A stretch of DNA of 64,000 nucleotides, from assembly GCA_964016885.1 (NCBI GenBank), contig OZ024741.1, forward strand, positions 348,626,001 through 348,690,000, written 5' to 3'. A program made the translations under genes and the position numbers. The notes below the pieces were generated by a model. It was not told the DNA's origin and searched no databases. It saw only the letters and a list, made by a program, of their open reading frames with translations. The stretch comes from Eledone cirrhosa. Taxonomy: Eukaryota. Of the stretch, positions 25,400 to 38,245 are shown one piece after another (position 1 is the first letter of the stretch; every line of letters starts with the position of its first letter).

Positions 25400-27676
25400 T
25401 CTCTTTTACTCATTTACCTGTTCCAGCCATCCGGCTGAGACCATGCTGGGGCACCGCCCTTGTTGCTACACATTTTATCTCCAGCCTGTATTGGTTGGCC
25501 TCTGGTATTAGAGGGAGTTTGTTGCTGCTGCCCTTAGGTTTCCCTCGTGCCTTGCTGTGGACTCATCCGGGATCCTGGATAGCAAGTTGTCGAGATGTTT
25601 CTTGAAGATATCCATCTCCACACCATGCAGATCTCTCAGATCCCTCGGCAGCTTGTTGAAGAGTTGAGGACCCTTGAATCCCAGGCTATTGCAATATTTG
25701 CTCCTTATTCTAGATGTGGAAGACGGGACCTTTGGCACCACACAGTGACGTCCTGTTCGACGGTTGGTCCAGCTTCCAATGCCAAATTCAGTGCTAGTCC
25801 CTCCAGGATTTTCCACATGAAGATCACTGCGTACGTATCTCTCCCATCTTCGTTACAAGGAGTAGAGGTACAGTTATTTTAGCCTCTCCCAGTAGCTTAT
25901 CTCCTTCATCGTGGCAATCCTCTTGGTGTAGATTTGCTGGATTGCCTCAGGCTCCGTGGTTAGTTTGACACTATGGGATGACTACAACTGGGAGCAATAG
26001 TCCAGGCGGCTTAGGACAAATGTCCTCTATAGTGTCAACATGTCCGGAAATTCCTCAAGATCTAGCCAGCGAGTCGTCTGCACGTTGTCGCCACTTTCAT
26101 GATGTGTGAGGAAAAAGGTGCATCTTCGCTCATGTCTATACACAGGTCTCGTATCGATTTTGATACGGGAATATCGGCCCTTCCTGGTCCTGCGTAGTGG
26201 TGTTGTACTGTATTTGTGTTTGCAGGTTTGTATTGTAGGGCTTGGAATTTGCCAGCATTAAACCACCCATCTGTATATAGCATCCAGATCTTGTTGTAAA
26301 AGGGCAGCGTCAGCCGGGTTTTTGATTACCTGTGCTTCCTTAGTGTCATCAGCATAGCTAGTGAACTGCGACCGGTTGCTGCGACTGTCTGGATTCTGTC
26401 CTTTAAGAAGTCATGCAGCCACTGACCTACTTTTCCAGTTTTGCCGAGTCCGTGTAGTTTGTGACATATCATTCCGTGGTCGACCTTGTCAAAGGCCTTC
26501 GCAAAGTCTAGATATATCATGTCCACGTGTGAGCTGTATAGCAGTTGTTTCAGTACCCAGTCGTAGTGATGTAGCAGCTGTGTAATGCAGCTTCTTTCTG
26601 GGCGGAAGCCATGCTGCGTGCTAGTCAGGCCGTCATTTTCCTCGAGGAAAGTGATGAGTTTCTTTCTGCTGACTCCCTCCATGACCTTACTGATATGCGA
26701 AGTCAGGGAGACTGGCCTATTGTTTTTGGCCTCCGCTCTGCTACCTCATTTATGGATAGAGCATAGTGTGCCTTCTTTCAGCTACCTTGGTAGTATACCG
26801 TCAGCCAAGAAGCTTGTAAAGAGCATCTTCAGTGGAGTTGCTAAGGCCCGCTTACATGTTTTTAAGAGGACTGCTGGGAATCCATCAGGTCCAGCAGCTG
26901 TGTCTGTTCTAATTTCATCTATGGCGTATACCACATCCTCCTCCGTTATGTCTATGTGGTTGATGGTCGCAATTTCTTCATGTAGTGCTGTGGCATCAAT
27001 TAACTCCTCTAGCTTTGTTATTTGCACTCTTCGGTGAGTATTTCATATATCTCTTGTGGATTCTCGGTTAATGAACCGTCTGTATGGAAGAGTGGCCCAA
27101 TCTTGCAGTGTACCGAGGCAGTTTCTTTTGAAAATTTAAGGAAGGCCTTAGGGTTTGTTTTAATATTTTCTATGGCCCTGCTTTATTTCTTTTCCCTCTC
27201 ATTTTAATGGGAAAGTGCAATATCGGTGTCAAGTAGTACACGTTTCAAATAGGGTTCCTTCTTGTTTTTGTTTTCTTGTTGTGCATTCAACTGGTTTGAG
27301 AGCTTTGTTCTACGTCTCATAAGGATTTTCCTATCTCTGGGAATAAGATTTTTGTGTATGTTTGCCTTTTTCTCCAGACAAACGTCTTGCATATAGTGTG
27401 TATCGTTGTCATGAAGTGTTGAAATTGTGTGTTGGTGTCTTGTGTGGCGGTGTTTTCGCTCCATATTTGCTTCCGGATTTCTGTCTTGATCTTTTTCCAG
27501 TTAGCCTTGTAGAAGTTAAGACTGGATAACGTCCCGGTGCTTCTTGATGGTTATGTCTCTGTTGGTTCTCTCGGACCACATATCATTAGTTCTACTAAGT
27601 TATGATCCGAGAGAATTGTTGGTGTCACCTTTACATTGTGCATGAGCACTTCGTTGTTTGTAAAACAGAGGTCCAA

Positions 27677-27680
<4 letters not shown>
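25400..27680 (-). mobile_element. CR1-group LINE, 5'-truncated and decayed (end of AP endonuclease, RT, C-terminus, 3' UTR)
   Basis: LDLCFTN...TILSDHN; AAGPDG; QHGFRPERSCITQL..YLDFAKAFDKVDH; SYADDTK after an internal deletion; GPQLFNKLP..FKKHLDNLLSRIPDE; 3' stem-loop tail GGCGGTGCCCCAGCATGG. Confidence 0.9.
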
Positions 27681-27738
<58 letters not shown>

Positions 27739-27781
27739 TTTAAAAGAATAGAGGTGTAACACACAAGTTATGATATATTTT

Positions 27782-28143
27782 TAAACGGAAAAGAAAATGC
27801 TGATAAATTGTTCACAGTGAAAAATAGTATAATTAGGAATAAGTGAGAATTAGTAATAGTATTGGTTAGTATTCAGTTTGGGTTTTAAGTTTTACCGGTT
27901 GCGCATTTCTAATGCTTTTCAGAAATAATTTTGAGATAGAGCGTCCGTGATGTTTGCTCAGATCAGAGCAAACATCACGGACGCTTTATCTCAAAATTAT
28001 TTTTGAAAAGCATTAGAAATGCGCAACCGGTAAAACTTAAAACCAAAACTGAATACTAACCAATATTATTACTAATTCTAACTTATTCCTAATTAAACTA
28101 TTTTTCACTGTGAACAATTTGTCAGCATTTTCTTTTCCGTTTA
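27782..28143. repeat. Long palindrome (about 178-bp arms, 6-nt centre) between (TA)n tracts
   Basis: Arms are reverse complements with only scattered mismatches; centre TGTTTGCTC-AGATCA-GAGCAAACA. A related shorter hairpin lies at 54266-54385. Confidence 0.95.
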
Positions 28144-28188
<45 letters not shown>

Positions 28189-28936
28189 GGAATAGAATGA
28201 AACGAAATTTCATTTCTCACTCTTAGTACGGCACTTACTTAAATGTAAGTATGTATGTATACAGACGCACAGTAGTATGTATATATATATACATACATGC
28301 ACACATATATATATGCACGTATCGGTTTACCGAACATTTATTATAATGCTGGGTTTGTTTGTTTGTAAAGAAACAGCCGGAATTACGCCATACAGTGTTT
28401 AGGCAACCTCGTCACCTTTTTATGTTCAACACTGACACAGGAACGGTGTACTAGTTTCAAGCTTATTAGCTATCGTCAGCATCGTATACCTTCCTGCCAG
28501 ATGGTTGAACGTCTGAAAGTATATATATACATATATGTATGTATGTATGTTTGTATGTATGTGTGTGTGTATGTGTGTATGTGTTGTGTGTGTTTGTGTG
28601 TGTCTGTCTATATATGTGTGTGTGTGTGTGTGTTTCTGTGTGTTCGCGTGTGTGTAAAAGGTAAACAGAAATAACATAGCAAACGACACAGTACAAGGAA
28701 GAAATATGTGTCTGACTGTTGAGATAATAGGAAACGTTTCTTAACGTTGCAGACGTTTCAGTCCTTCATCGGAAGGTAGAATGATAAATAAAAGATGGAA
28801 TAGAAAGAGACAGAGTGAGAAGGGGAAGGGAGGGAAACATATGAGAAAAAGAGACATGTGCCTCTTCAGTTAGCCATTATCCTTACATGTATCCATCTAT
28901 CTATTAATCTATCTATATATCTATATATCTAACAAT

Positions 28937-29772
28937 AGGGGATTAGTGGAGGATAAGTGCGACGACGTTCTCAGGGAAACTCTAGACATCAAGGAAGACG
29001 AACTGACCAGTCTGTTCGGGAGGACTTTCCTTCCAGGATGGATAACTTACAGAGGTCTCTGGCCTGGCAGTGCTTCCGAGGAGCGCTACGAGTTCGAGAC
29101 AAAATCTACAGGCACGGACGCCCTGGCAGAGATGCTGCCAAAAGGACATGTCCAAGATGCGAGCAGGACATCTAAACCGTTCTGCACGCAAGTGTTCAGT
29201 GCCCAGGGGTGACCGACCTGTGGAATTATGTCGAACAGCTACTGTCTCGTGTAGGACGCATCCAGTTGTCAGCCGAGTCCATTGTGAGGCGGTCTTCCTC
29301 TGTCTATTGGCTATGGCGAAAGAGGTAATATGGTGTACTAGGTTAAAAGGACTGAGACCAAAGACCTTTCACTCCGGACAACAATTCATCCCCTTCTCTA
29401 AGTATCACTTCAGGAGGAAGGTGAGAGTGGAGACAGAGGTGCTACACCCCAGTAAATTCGCTGAAAGGTGGATGAATGTGGCGAAAATGGCCCGGATGAA
29501 TGGGCCTTCTCTGTATATCAACCTGTAGGTTGAGGAAGATAAACAGAGGTAAGACGGGATCACCTCCAAAACGTATTCCTGAGTGTTGTTCTATCCACGT
29601 GGTGTAAAACAACCCCGCAGTAGCGTTACTCCCCCCCCCCATGGGGATTTCAATTGTTAGATTTTTATATAGTTTATTGTTATTTATCATTGTTAAAGGT
29701 TTTATGTAAAACCCATGCCCTCCCGTCTTGTAATATCCCGTTTTTGTACGCCCCTTTGGCAAATAAAGAAAG
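28937..29772 (+). mobile_element. Tx1/L1-clade LINE 3' end (zf-RVT region plus 3' UTR)
   Basis: SLAWQCFRGALRVRDKIYRHG...CPRCEQD then AKEVIWCTR...FAERWMNVA; ends AATAAA followed by (CTAT)n. Confidence 0.85.
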
Positions 29773-29852
29773 ATATCTATCTAACTATCGATTTATCTAT
29801 CTATCTATCTAACTATCTCTCTCTCTATTTATCTATCTATCTATACAACTGC

Positions 29853-29883
<31 letters not shown>

Positions 29884-29910
29884 ATATATATATATATATA
29901 TAATATATAT

Positions 29911-29958
<48 letters not shown>

Positions 29959-30416
29959 AGTGTGTGTATATATATATATCTTTCAATCAACCTCTCTCAC
30001 TCTCTTTCCCCCTTCTCTCTCTCTCTATTTCACTCTCTCTCTCTTTCTCTCTTATTAGGTATACAGAAATAAATTCCTACATACTGCAAGTTACATAAAA
30101 ACAAATACTTTTTGGTGTGTTGTCAAAATTGTATCTGAACTCTTTGTTTTTATCTCTTCGACCTAAATTTGTCGCTCTAAATGTTGTCTAATAAAGGAAA
30201 AAAGCATCAAATAACTCTCATCACAAACAGCCTCATTTGCTGATGGTGTTAGAGTAAATGACTTTTTATTTAAATGCCAGGATTTTTCTACTCAAAAGTT
30301 GTAATTTATCTTTTATGTTCAGACCCTCTTACAATACATACATACATATATGCATACATATATAGACACTCACGCGCACACACTCACACACACATATATA
30401 TATATATAGGTATATG

Positions 30417-30495
<79 letters not shown>

Positions 30496-30702
30496 CTATA
30501 TGTGTGTGTATATATATATATATATATATACATATATAAACATATGTGTATGTGTGCGTGAATGTGTGTGTGTGTATGTGTGTTGCAAGTTTGGGTATGT
30601 GAGGCTGAGAAAGAATGTATACATACATATACATATATATCTGCCTCTATGTTTGGATGTAAATAGAGTAGTTAGTCCGGTGCAAAGAAATTAGTTCATT
30701 CT

Positions 30703-30740
<38 letters not shown>

Positions 30741-30764
30741 ACCAAGACTATAGGAAAAGGTTTT

Positions 30765-30844
<80 letters not shown>

Positions 30845-31017
30845 TATGTTGTTTTTCGAGTGTATATTCCTGTTCCTTCTGCTGTTTTTTTCTTCAAAAT
30901 TTCTTCATTTGTAATTTTCTCCTTGATCAATTTCGAAAATGTTTAAATTAATCAGTCTTTCAATTGAGAACCTGTCTCTACATTTTCTTCCATTTTCCTC
31001 TTTTTCATCTTCTTATC

Positions 31018-31320
<303 letters not shown>

Positions 31321-31659
31321 GTCTTTCTCTTTTTCTTCTCCATTTTGTTCTAATTTTTCTTCTCTTCTTATTTTTTTCTTATTTTTCTTATTCTTCTTAT
31401 TCGTTTTCTTCATCTTTTTCTTCTTCTTCTTATTATTATTACTAATTTCTTCTGCTTCTTATTCTTTCACTCACTTCCCCCACCAAACATGTTTCAGTTG
31501 CTATTATTTCAGTCGTGTTTATTTTATTTATTTTGCTTTTAACCGTATTGTCTCCAGTTCGTTCTATTCCTTCTTTTCATTCTTATATCTATTTATTTCA
31601 CTTACACAAACAAGCACACATACACGCTCACACACTTACTCACGCACATACACATATTT

Positions 31660-31810
31660 AGAGATTCACCTACTCACACAACACTGACGCACACATATAC
31701 AACCACAGACACACATGCAGAGATTCACTTACTCACACAATACTGACGCACACACATGCAGAGATTCACGTACTCACACAACACTGACGAACACACATAT
31801 ACAACTACAG
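31660..31810 (+). repeat. Three degenerate tandem units GAGATTCAC.TACTCACACAA.ACTGACG
   Basis: Units start near 31661, 31720 and 31761. Confidence 0.7.
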
Positions 31811-33173
31811 ACATACCTCTCCGTACAAGATAAGCTCACACATGTGCATTTACAATCAAACGCACACCGTCTCACAGAACACTCATACACTTCCTGTTTC
31901 CTTCTTTCACTTTTCTTCCACTTTAATTCAGTCCTTTATTATTTTTGTTATTTGTGTTCATAGCAGGGGAATCCTGCTTGGTTAACCGTAATTATCTCGC
32001 ACAAGTCATACTATGATAGCAATTTTAATTAGTCTGCCAATCAATAAAATATTCAAATACACTTAGTCACATAAACGCTGGCGTACTCGGCAGCATATTT
32101 CTGAGAGGACTTTGTTATTTTGAAGTGCTGTAGTAGTTAGTGGTTGTTGATATTATTTAGCCCCCAAGTCCACTCTGCAGGATGAGTTGTATGATCAAAA
32201 CATTTCTATTCGTTTCCATACCTTCTTTTCAATGAGAATAAATATCAAAATGTTTTATCTACTTTGTGCATCCTTTTATATGAAGCGGTGTGATATGATA
32301 TGATGAGATTTTAACAACAATCTGGCGCACATTTAGACATTCAGTCATCTGGTGTATAACTCCCAAACTTTAGTGTGATGTTGGCACACCTTGGACGATA
32401 TGTATTTATTCTTTATTTTCATTTTTAAAGAGTTAGACTAAAGGCATAACAATACATCTCTCTCTCTCACTCTCGCACACACACACGCACACACACTGAA
32501 TATATAACTAGAATGTGTGCGGGGATGGTTCTACCTAAATGTTTGTGTGCTTGTACATGTATGTGATACTATTAAATGCCTGTGTAATATGCCGGTGCTC
32601 CTCAAGATTGCTGTCTACCAGGTAAATGATGTCTCATGGAGACTAAATACAGGATTTCTTTCGTAAAATTTTTTTTTCCACGATGGCATCTCTTACTGGA
32701 GTTTGATGCAAAACAGTTCGTACTAGATTAGTATTTTTTGTGACAAATGACGGATATGGTCTAAAATAATAATAATGTTCTAGACACCACAATCTCTAGA
32801 GTAGGTTCACGAAGACCATTACAATGAAAGAGCACTGGCGCATTATTTATGTTTTCACCATATTAATAGCAAATTCAGCTATAATTTTACCCAGCTGGAT
32901 AATGTCATATACAAAACATTCATTCCTAATGGTCTTATATAGAAACTATTGGAAATGATAAAAATACATTTACTACAATTCCATATATACTTATTAGTAT
33001 AAAAATGAATACGATGGTTTCATTATACTTTTATAGCAGCGTTTTCTAGTTAAATAAACACGGAAGTAAATTTTTAAATATATGAATGATGAGATATGAA
33101 ATAAGAGGACACCAGAAGTAGTATTACTGCTCGTTATTGTATATATATAAATATATAAATTCAGAAACGAAAC

Positions 33174-33229
<56 letters not shown>

Positions 33230-33467
33230 ATTCAGGAATAAAATTAGATACATGTCACTATAAGAACAGGTAGAATTTCGAAACCAGAGGCGTCGTCGAT
33301 AGTATTTATTCATAGTAGTTATTCATCGTTTATAAAACCAAATAAGTTAAACAAAAGCAGCAAAATTTGCAATGTTGTAAAGTCATCCAAGAAAACAGAA
33401 AAAAAATCATCTAGCTGTATTTATAGTGTAGATTTCAGAAATAATATGAGTGAAGTAATTCCTTAAC

Positions 33468-33627
33468 GAAATAATTGTTTCTCCTATTGGCACAAGGCCA
33501 GCAATTACTCAGTACATTACTGGTACTTTATTTTATCGACCTCGTAAGGATGAAAGGCAAAGTTAACATCGACGGGATTTGAACTCAGACCGTAAAGGGA
33601 TGTAACTATGCTGGAAAGCATGGCGTC
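33468..33627 (-). mobile_element. SINE copy, 5'-truncated (short-tail subfamily)
   Basis: Close match to 1447-1610. Confidence 0.9.
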
Positions 33628-33779
33628 AAAACATATATCACGCTTTATTTCTTATGAAATTACGAAGTTATACTTAACTCGTATACAATATACTGAAGCG
33701 GTATAAACTGGGATAAGGAAGATACATGATATATTTAAGAGATATCTAAACATATAATTTGCTTTTGAACCAAGAGAAC

Positions 33780-33830
33780 ATTCTTCTTCTTCTTCTTCTT
33801 CTTCTTCTTCTTCTTCTTCTTCTTCTTCTT

Positions 33831-33861
<31 letters not shown>

Positions 33862-34122
33862 TTCTTCTTCTTATTATTCTTATTCTTCTTCTTTCTAAGT
33901 GTCGTTTGTGCAGAGTCCTCAATCACGCCCTCCAGTAGGTCCTGTCAGAAGCATACATCTCCATACGTCTTCTGCTGGCTGGTTTAGCGCTTAAAATCTG
34001 TCCAGCGATGTTTTCCTGGGGCATTCTACCGAGATGTCTATAGCATTGGAGCTGTGATGTCTCAATTTGTTGAAGTAACGGCTCTATCTGGAGTAACACT
34101 CTGATCTCCAAATTACGCACTT
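33780..34122 (-). mobile_element. RTE-clade LINE 3' fragment with (GAA)n tail
   Basis: VRNLEIRVLLQIEPLLQQIETSQLQCYRHLGRMPQE is homologous to 57680-57928, and (TTC)n lies at its 3' side. Confidence 0.75.
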
Positions 34123-35735
34123 AATAATGACTACCTGTAATACATAATTAAAAACTACAGTATGTATTCTCTAATATTTTTCTCTAGAAGGTGAAATAAG
34201 GTATTTTCTAGGGGAGCTCCATCAAATACGATGACGTTTGTTCCACATATTTTATCAAAGACAAACATTGTGCTTATAAAAATATTATGCAAATGACTAA
34301 GTATGTCACAGACACGGGCTGTCTCGATGTGATTATAATGGAGACAATATGTGTGACAAACCTGACCAGAAAGAAATAGCATTCAAATCTTTTTCAAATT
34401 GTATCTTACACTTTTGGGAATGTACAGGGGTCTTTTGAGAATAAAATCCCCAATTCACCTAAAGAGCCGACTTTTGAACTCAGATTGATCTAGTGCTAAA
34501 AACATATTACAACATATGATTAGCACGTATCATCTAATATGAACCACATATTCGATTCAATCTGCCTTGATACTTATCTGGTATATTGTTTTCTGAGTAC
34601 AGTTTCGTAAAAAGAAATGTGGAAATATTTGGAATCTAAACAAAGTATGTAGATAGAAATTATATATAATTTGACACTACGGATGTTCTTAGATAATTAG
34701 TGGGTTTACCTCAATCTCGATCATCTGGGTTCCTACTCGTTAAATTAAAAATGTAATGTCCGAATATCCAAGAGACACGTATTCTCATATGACAGTACAA
34801 AACCGGTCTCAATATAACACAATCTGATATGGCGTTACCTACAGAATCGAGACCGAAAGTGAGGGAAAGAATTGGTGGTCCCGGTATTGAACTGTGAATT
34901 TACTTATCAAACATAAAATGAAGAAATACGAAGTTGACCGAGGTGAGAGCTGAGCGAAAGAGGCATATAAATGAAGCGCATGCCGTCTTCATTTTCTTCG
35001 ATGGTTTAACAATTCTGCCAAATCGTCGCTCTTGTTACACATGTATCTTAGACTAAAGAACTAATTCATAGCTGATCTGCAGGCCATATCGAAGGGCCGA
35101 AACTAGCTTGGCAGAATTTCAATTCAGTTTGTTTGAAATCTGCAACTAAATAGCACATGATTCATACCTAGGTTTTCGATACATTATGACTGGAATTTGG
35201 AAAAAAAAAAGACAATGGTGACGGCTGAAATGTATTTGATCATATATCTGCTCGGTCATGTCTGACTAGAATATAAACAACGCAAAGAACACCAACAACT
35301 CCATGAACAAAACCAACAAAAAATAAACACCATAAATGTCATTGAATTATTAACGACTATGCTTAGAAACTGAAATTTATAGCCGAGTAAGAATAGGATG
35401 TGATTTTCTTTTTTTCATGTAAGTAGATTGGGAAAGTGTATTCAACTTTTCTGCTGGATCGTTATATCTGTTCATATTATAGTTATTATAGTATTTACCT
35501 TTTATCTATTTGTTATTGCTATTTCGTTTTCTTTCACTTGGTACGGACTATTGTAGAATATAATTTAATCAGATATACCAAAATAATATTATTCTTGATC
35601 TGTGGTTTGTTGCGTAATAGTTGATTAATGTTTCGGCAAATCACTCTTTCATCTTGTATAGATTTTCGTTTTTAATATTTGTAAAAACAGACATATGTGC
35701 GCTCACATACAAACAGACAAACACACACAGAGGCA

Positions 35736-35821
<86 letters not shown>

Positions 35822-35870
35822 CATATATGTATGTATGTATATATGTATGTATATATATATATATATTTAT

Positions 35871-36430
35871 GTCAGGTCACCAGTTGGTGCTACTGGTAAC
35901 ATGTATCCCAGTACAACCTGTTTCATGGTCGGGTCGTTGGCGACTAAACTGGCAACCCCACCAAGGTTTCTTGGTGAGGAGGGTGACTTTGGACATCCTG
36001 CAGGACTAAAAACAAAACCTGTCAAAGGGCAAAGGAGCTCTTAAGAGTCAATGGCCATCCAAAATCACCGGGAGAGATGACCCCTTAGCCTTTGTCAAGG
36101 CAGAATTCTAGGAGAAGGAAAACTCTGATATAACACCTGCAACCCTGATGGTATCCAATGATGTTGACTTGTTCTACTTTTTGGTAAATATCATCTTGGT
36201 TAAGAGAGTGGGACTGGCTCTGTGCAATGCCTTTGCTCACTATAAAAGCTTCATGGCACAGGCATTGCTTTATATCTGGAGATCTCTCTGCACTTGTCAC
36301 ATGGTACCATGGGCCCAGCACTATGTGTCAATAATTGTCACAAGTGTAGTGTTTGTACCAGAGTTTTCAAGTCGCTGGCTGGACTCAAAAGTCACACTCG
36401 TTCAGCGCATCGGTAGGGGTTCTCCTACAT
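35871..36430 (+). mobile_element. Probable 5' non-coding region of an RTE-like LINE
   Basis: GC-richer island with TAAACTGGCAACCCCACC and TAGGAGAAGGAAAACTCTGA, motifs I recognise from RTE 5' UTRs. No coding support. Confidence 0.4.
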
Positions 36431-36577
36431 GGATATAAAGTAGTGGCCGTACTCGAAAACGAGTTGGCAGCCACCATATATATATATATTTATACATGAA
36501 TGCACACACACACACATACGTTCACACACACAGACGCACCACACACACACATACTCACACTCCCACACGCGCATACG

Positions 36578-36659
<82 letters not shown>

Positions 36660-36670
36660 CATATGTGTTG

Positions 36671-36711
<41 letters not shown>

Positions 36712-37538
36712 TGTATGCACACATAACATACACAAGGTAGATGAAAGATGAGATGAGAAATAGAAGAGTTGAATGGAGCATGGAAATGGAACGGTTTATA
36801 TAGAATACCAGATATATAGTTGGATAAAAAGATTAACAGATACATAAAACCAAATTAATAGATAGACACATATATGGACAAATATTAGTTGGTCTTTTCA
36901 TCCATATGAGTTCTGTTTCCCTCCTTTTAGTTCTTGTGTAATAATTTCATTTTCATCAAGTCGATAATAATTTCGACTTCTTCATGTTACAGGAAATATT
37001 ATAAAAGGAACATAGTTTACATATTATATGTAAACTATGTTCTCTATCCTCTTCTAATTAATATGCGCCCTAATCTTATTATATACTTTTTATCATATTT
37101 CCCACAGCATGACGAAGTCGAGATTTTTATCGACTGAAAGTGGTACTATTAACAATAACTCATTCTCCAGCCAGATTTTGAGCAAGAAAGATGGGAAAAA
37201 AACTTACTCCAACATTTGGTTTTGATTTTAAATCTTTAATTTTTAGTTTTTAACTCCTATTAAATATATATTTTTTTTTAATTTCAATACTCAACATTTG
37301 ATAAGATGAATTTTAATAATACATCGAAACCGGTAATACTTTATATACATTATAAAACATATTTTAAAAAGAATTGTCCCTCTCACTTTTTCAATAATGT
37401 CATCTTTTCAATAATGTAACTATGACGAATCAAAGAAAGGATAAAAAAAGAAAAACTGACCCTTAAATATATTTTCCGTGCTATTTCCAACTTATCATTT
37501 TCTCTATATCCACTGTTTTGCATAGAACCTTACTTCCC

Positions 37539-37589
<51 letters not shown>

Positions 37590-37594
<5 letters not shown>

Positions 37595-38095
37595 CAAGGT
37601 CTAGCAAATAGAAGAAAAGTTTTAAAATAAATTTTAAAAAATACGCAGTACTTACTATATGTGCCTTTACCGCGGTTTCATGATCCAGAATAAATGGAAA
37701 ATCCAAGCAGAGTTCCATTGAGAAGGGAGCAATCTTCAGAAGTCTCTTCTCCCTCTGAGAATATAAAATTCCCGAGTTCAAATCACAAACTGACGCCATT
37801 CCGAAATGAGAGCGAATGATGAAAGAAATAATTATGTCTGGTGCCGTGTGCACAAATCTCCTGCCACTAGAAATAGCAGAGTCCAAACGGCCAAATTGTT
37901 ATCTCTACCTTAGGGGAGATCAATAATAATAAAGTATGAATTCCTACGTGTAAAAAATACATATAGGGAAACAAGTATTATCCAACCGTATGCCAATGTG
38001 GTTCTATGGCGGATTAATAAATTAACAAGCCAGAACATATAAAATCAAGGTCTAGGAAATAGAGAAAAAGTTTTAAAATAAATTTTAAAAATATA
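37590..38095 (-). mobile_element. Probable PLE end with a directly repeated ~52-bp terminus
   Basis: AAAATCAAGGTCTAG.AAATAG...AAATTTTAAAAA at 37590 and 38041; degenerate hammerhead-like GAAACCGCGGT on the minus strand near 37668-37680; (TA)n on both sides. Confidence 0.5.
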
Positions 38096-38107
38096 TATAT
38101 ATATATA

Positions 38108-38245
38108 TTTCGTTTCTGAATTTGTTTGGCAAGATTCTTTATATTAAAACGTGTGTTGAAACCGATATTGTTATACTTTGGGAGGGTCATGTTGCCAATA
38201 AGAAACACACGCACCATCGCTTTCATTCCAATTTATTATAAATTA
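38108..38245 (-). mobile_element. Solo tail of the Neptune-like PLE family
   Basis: Reverse complement of 23518-23650; adjacent to (TA)n. Confidence 0.8.
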
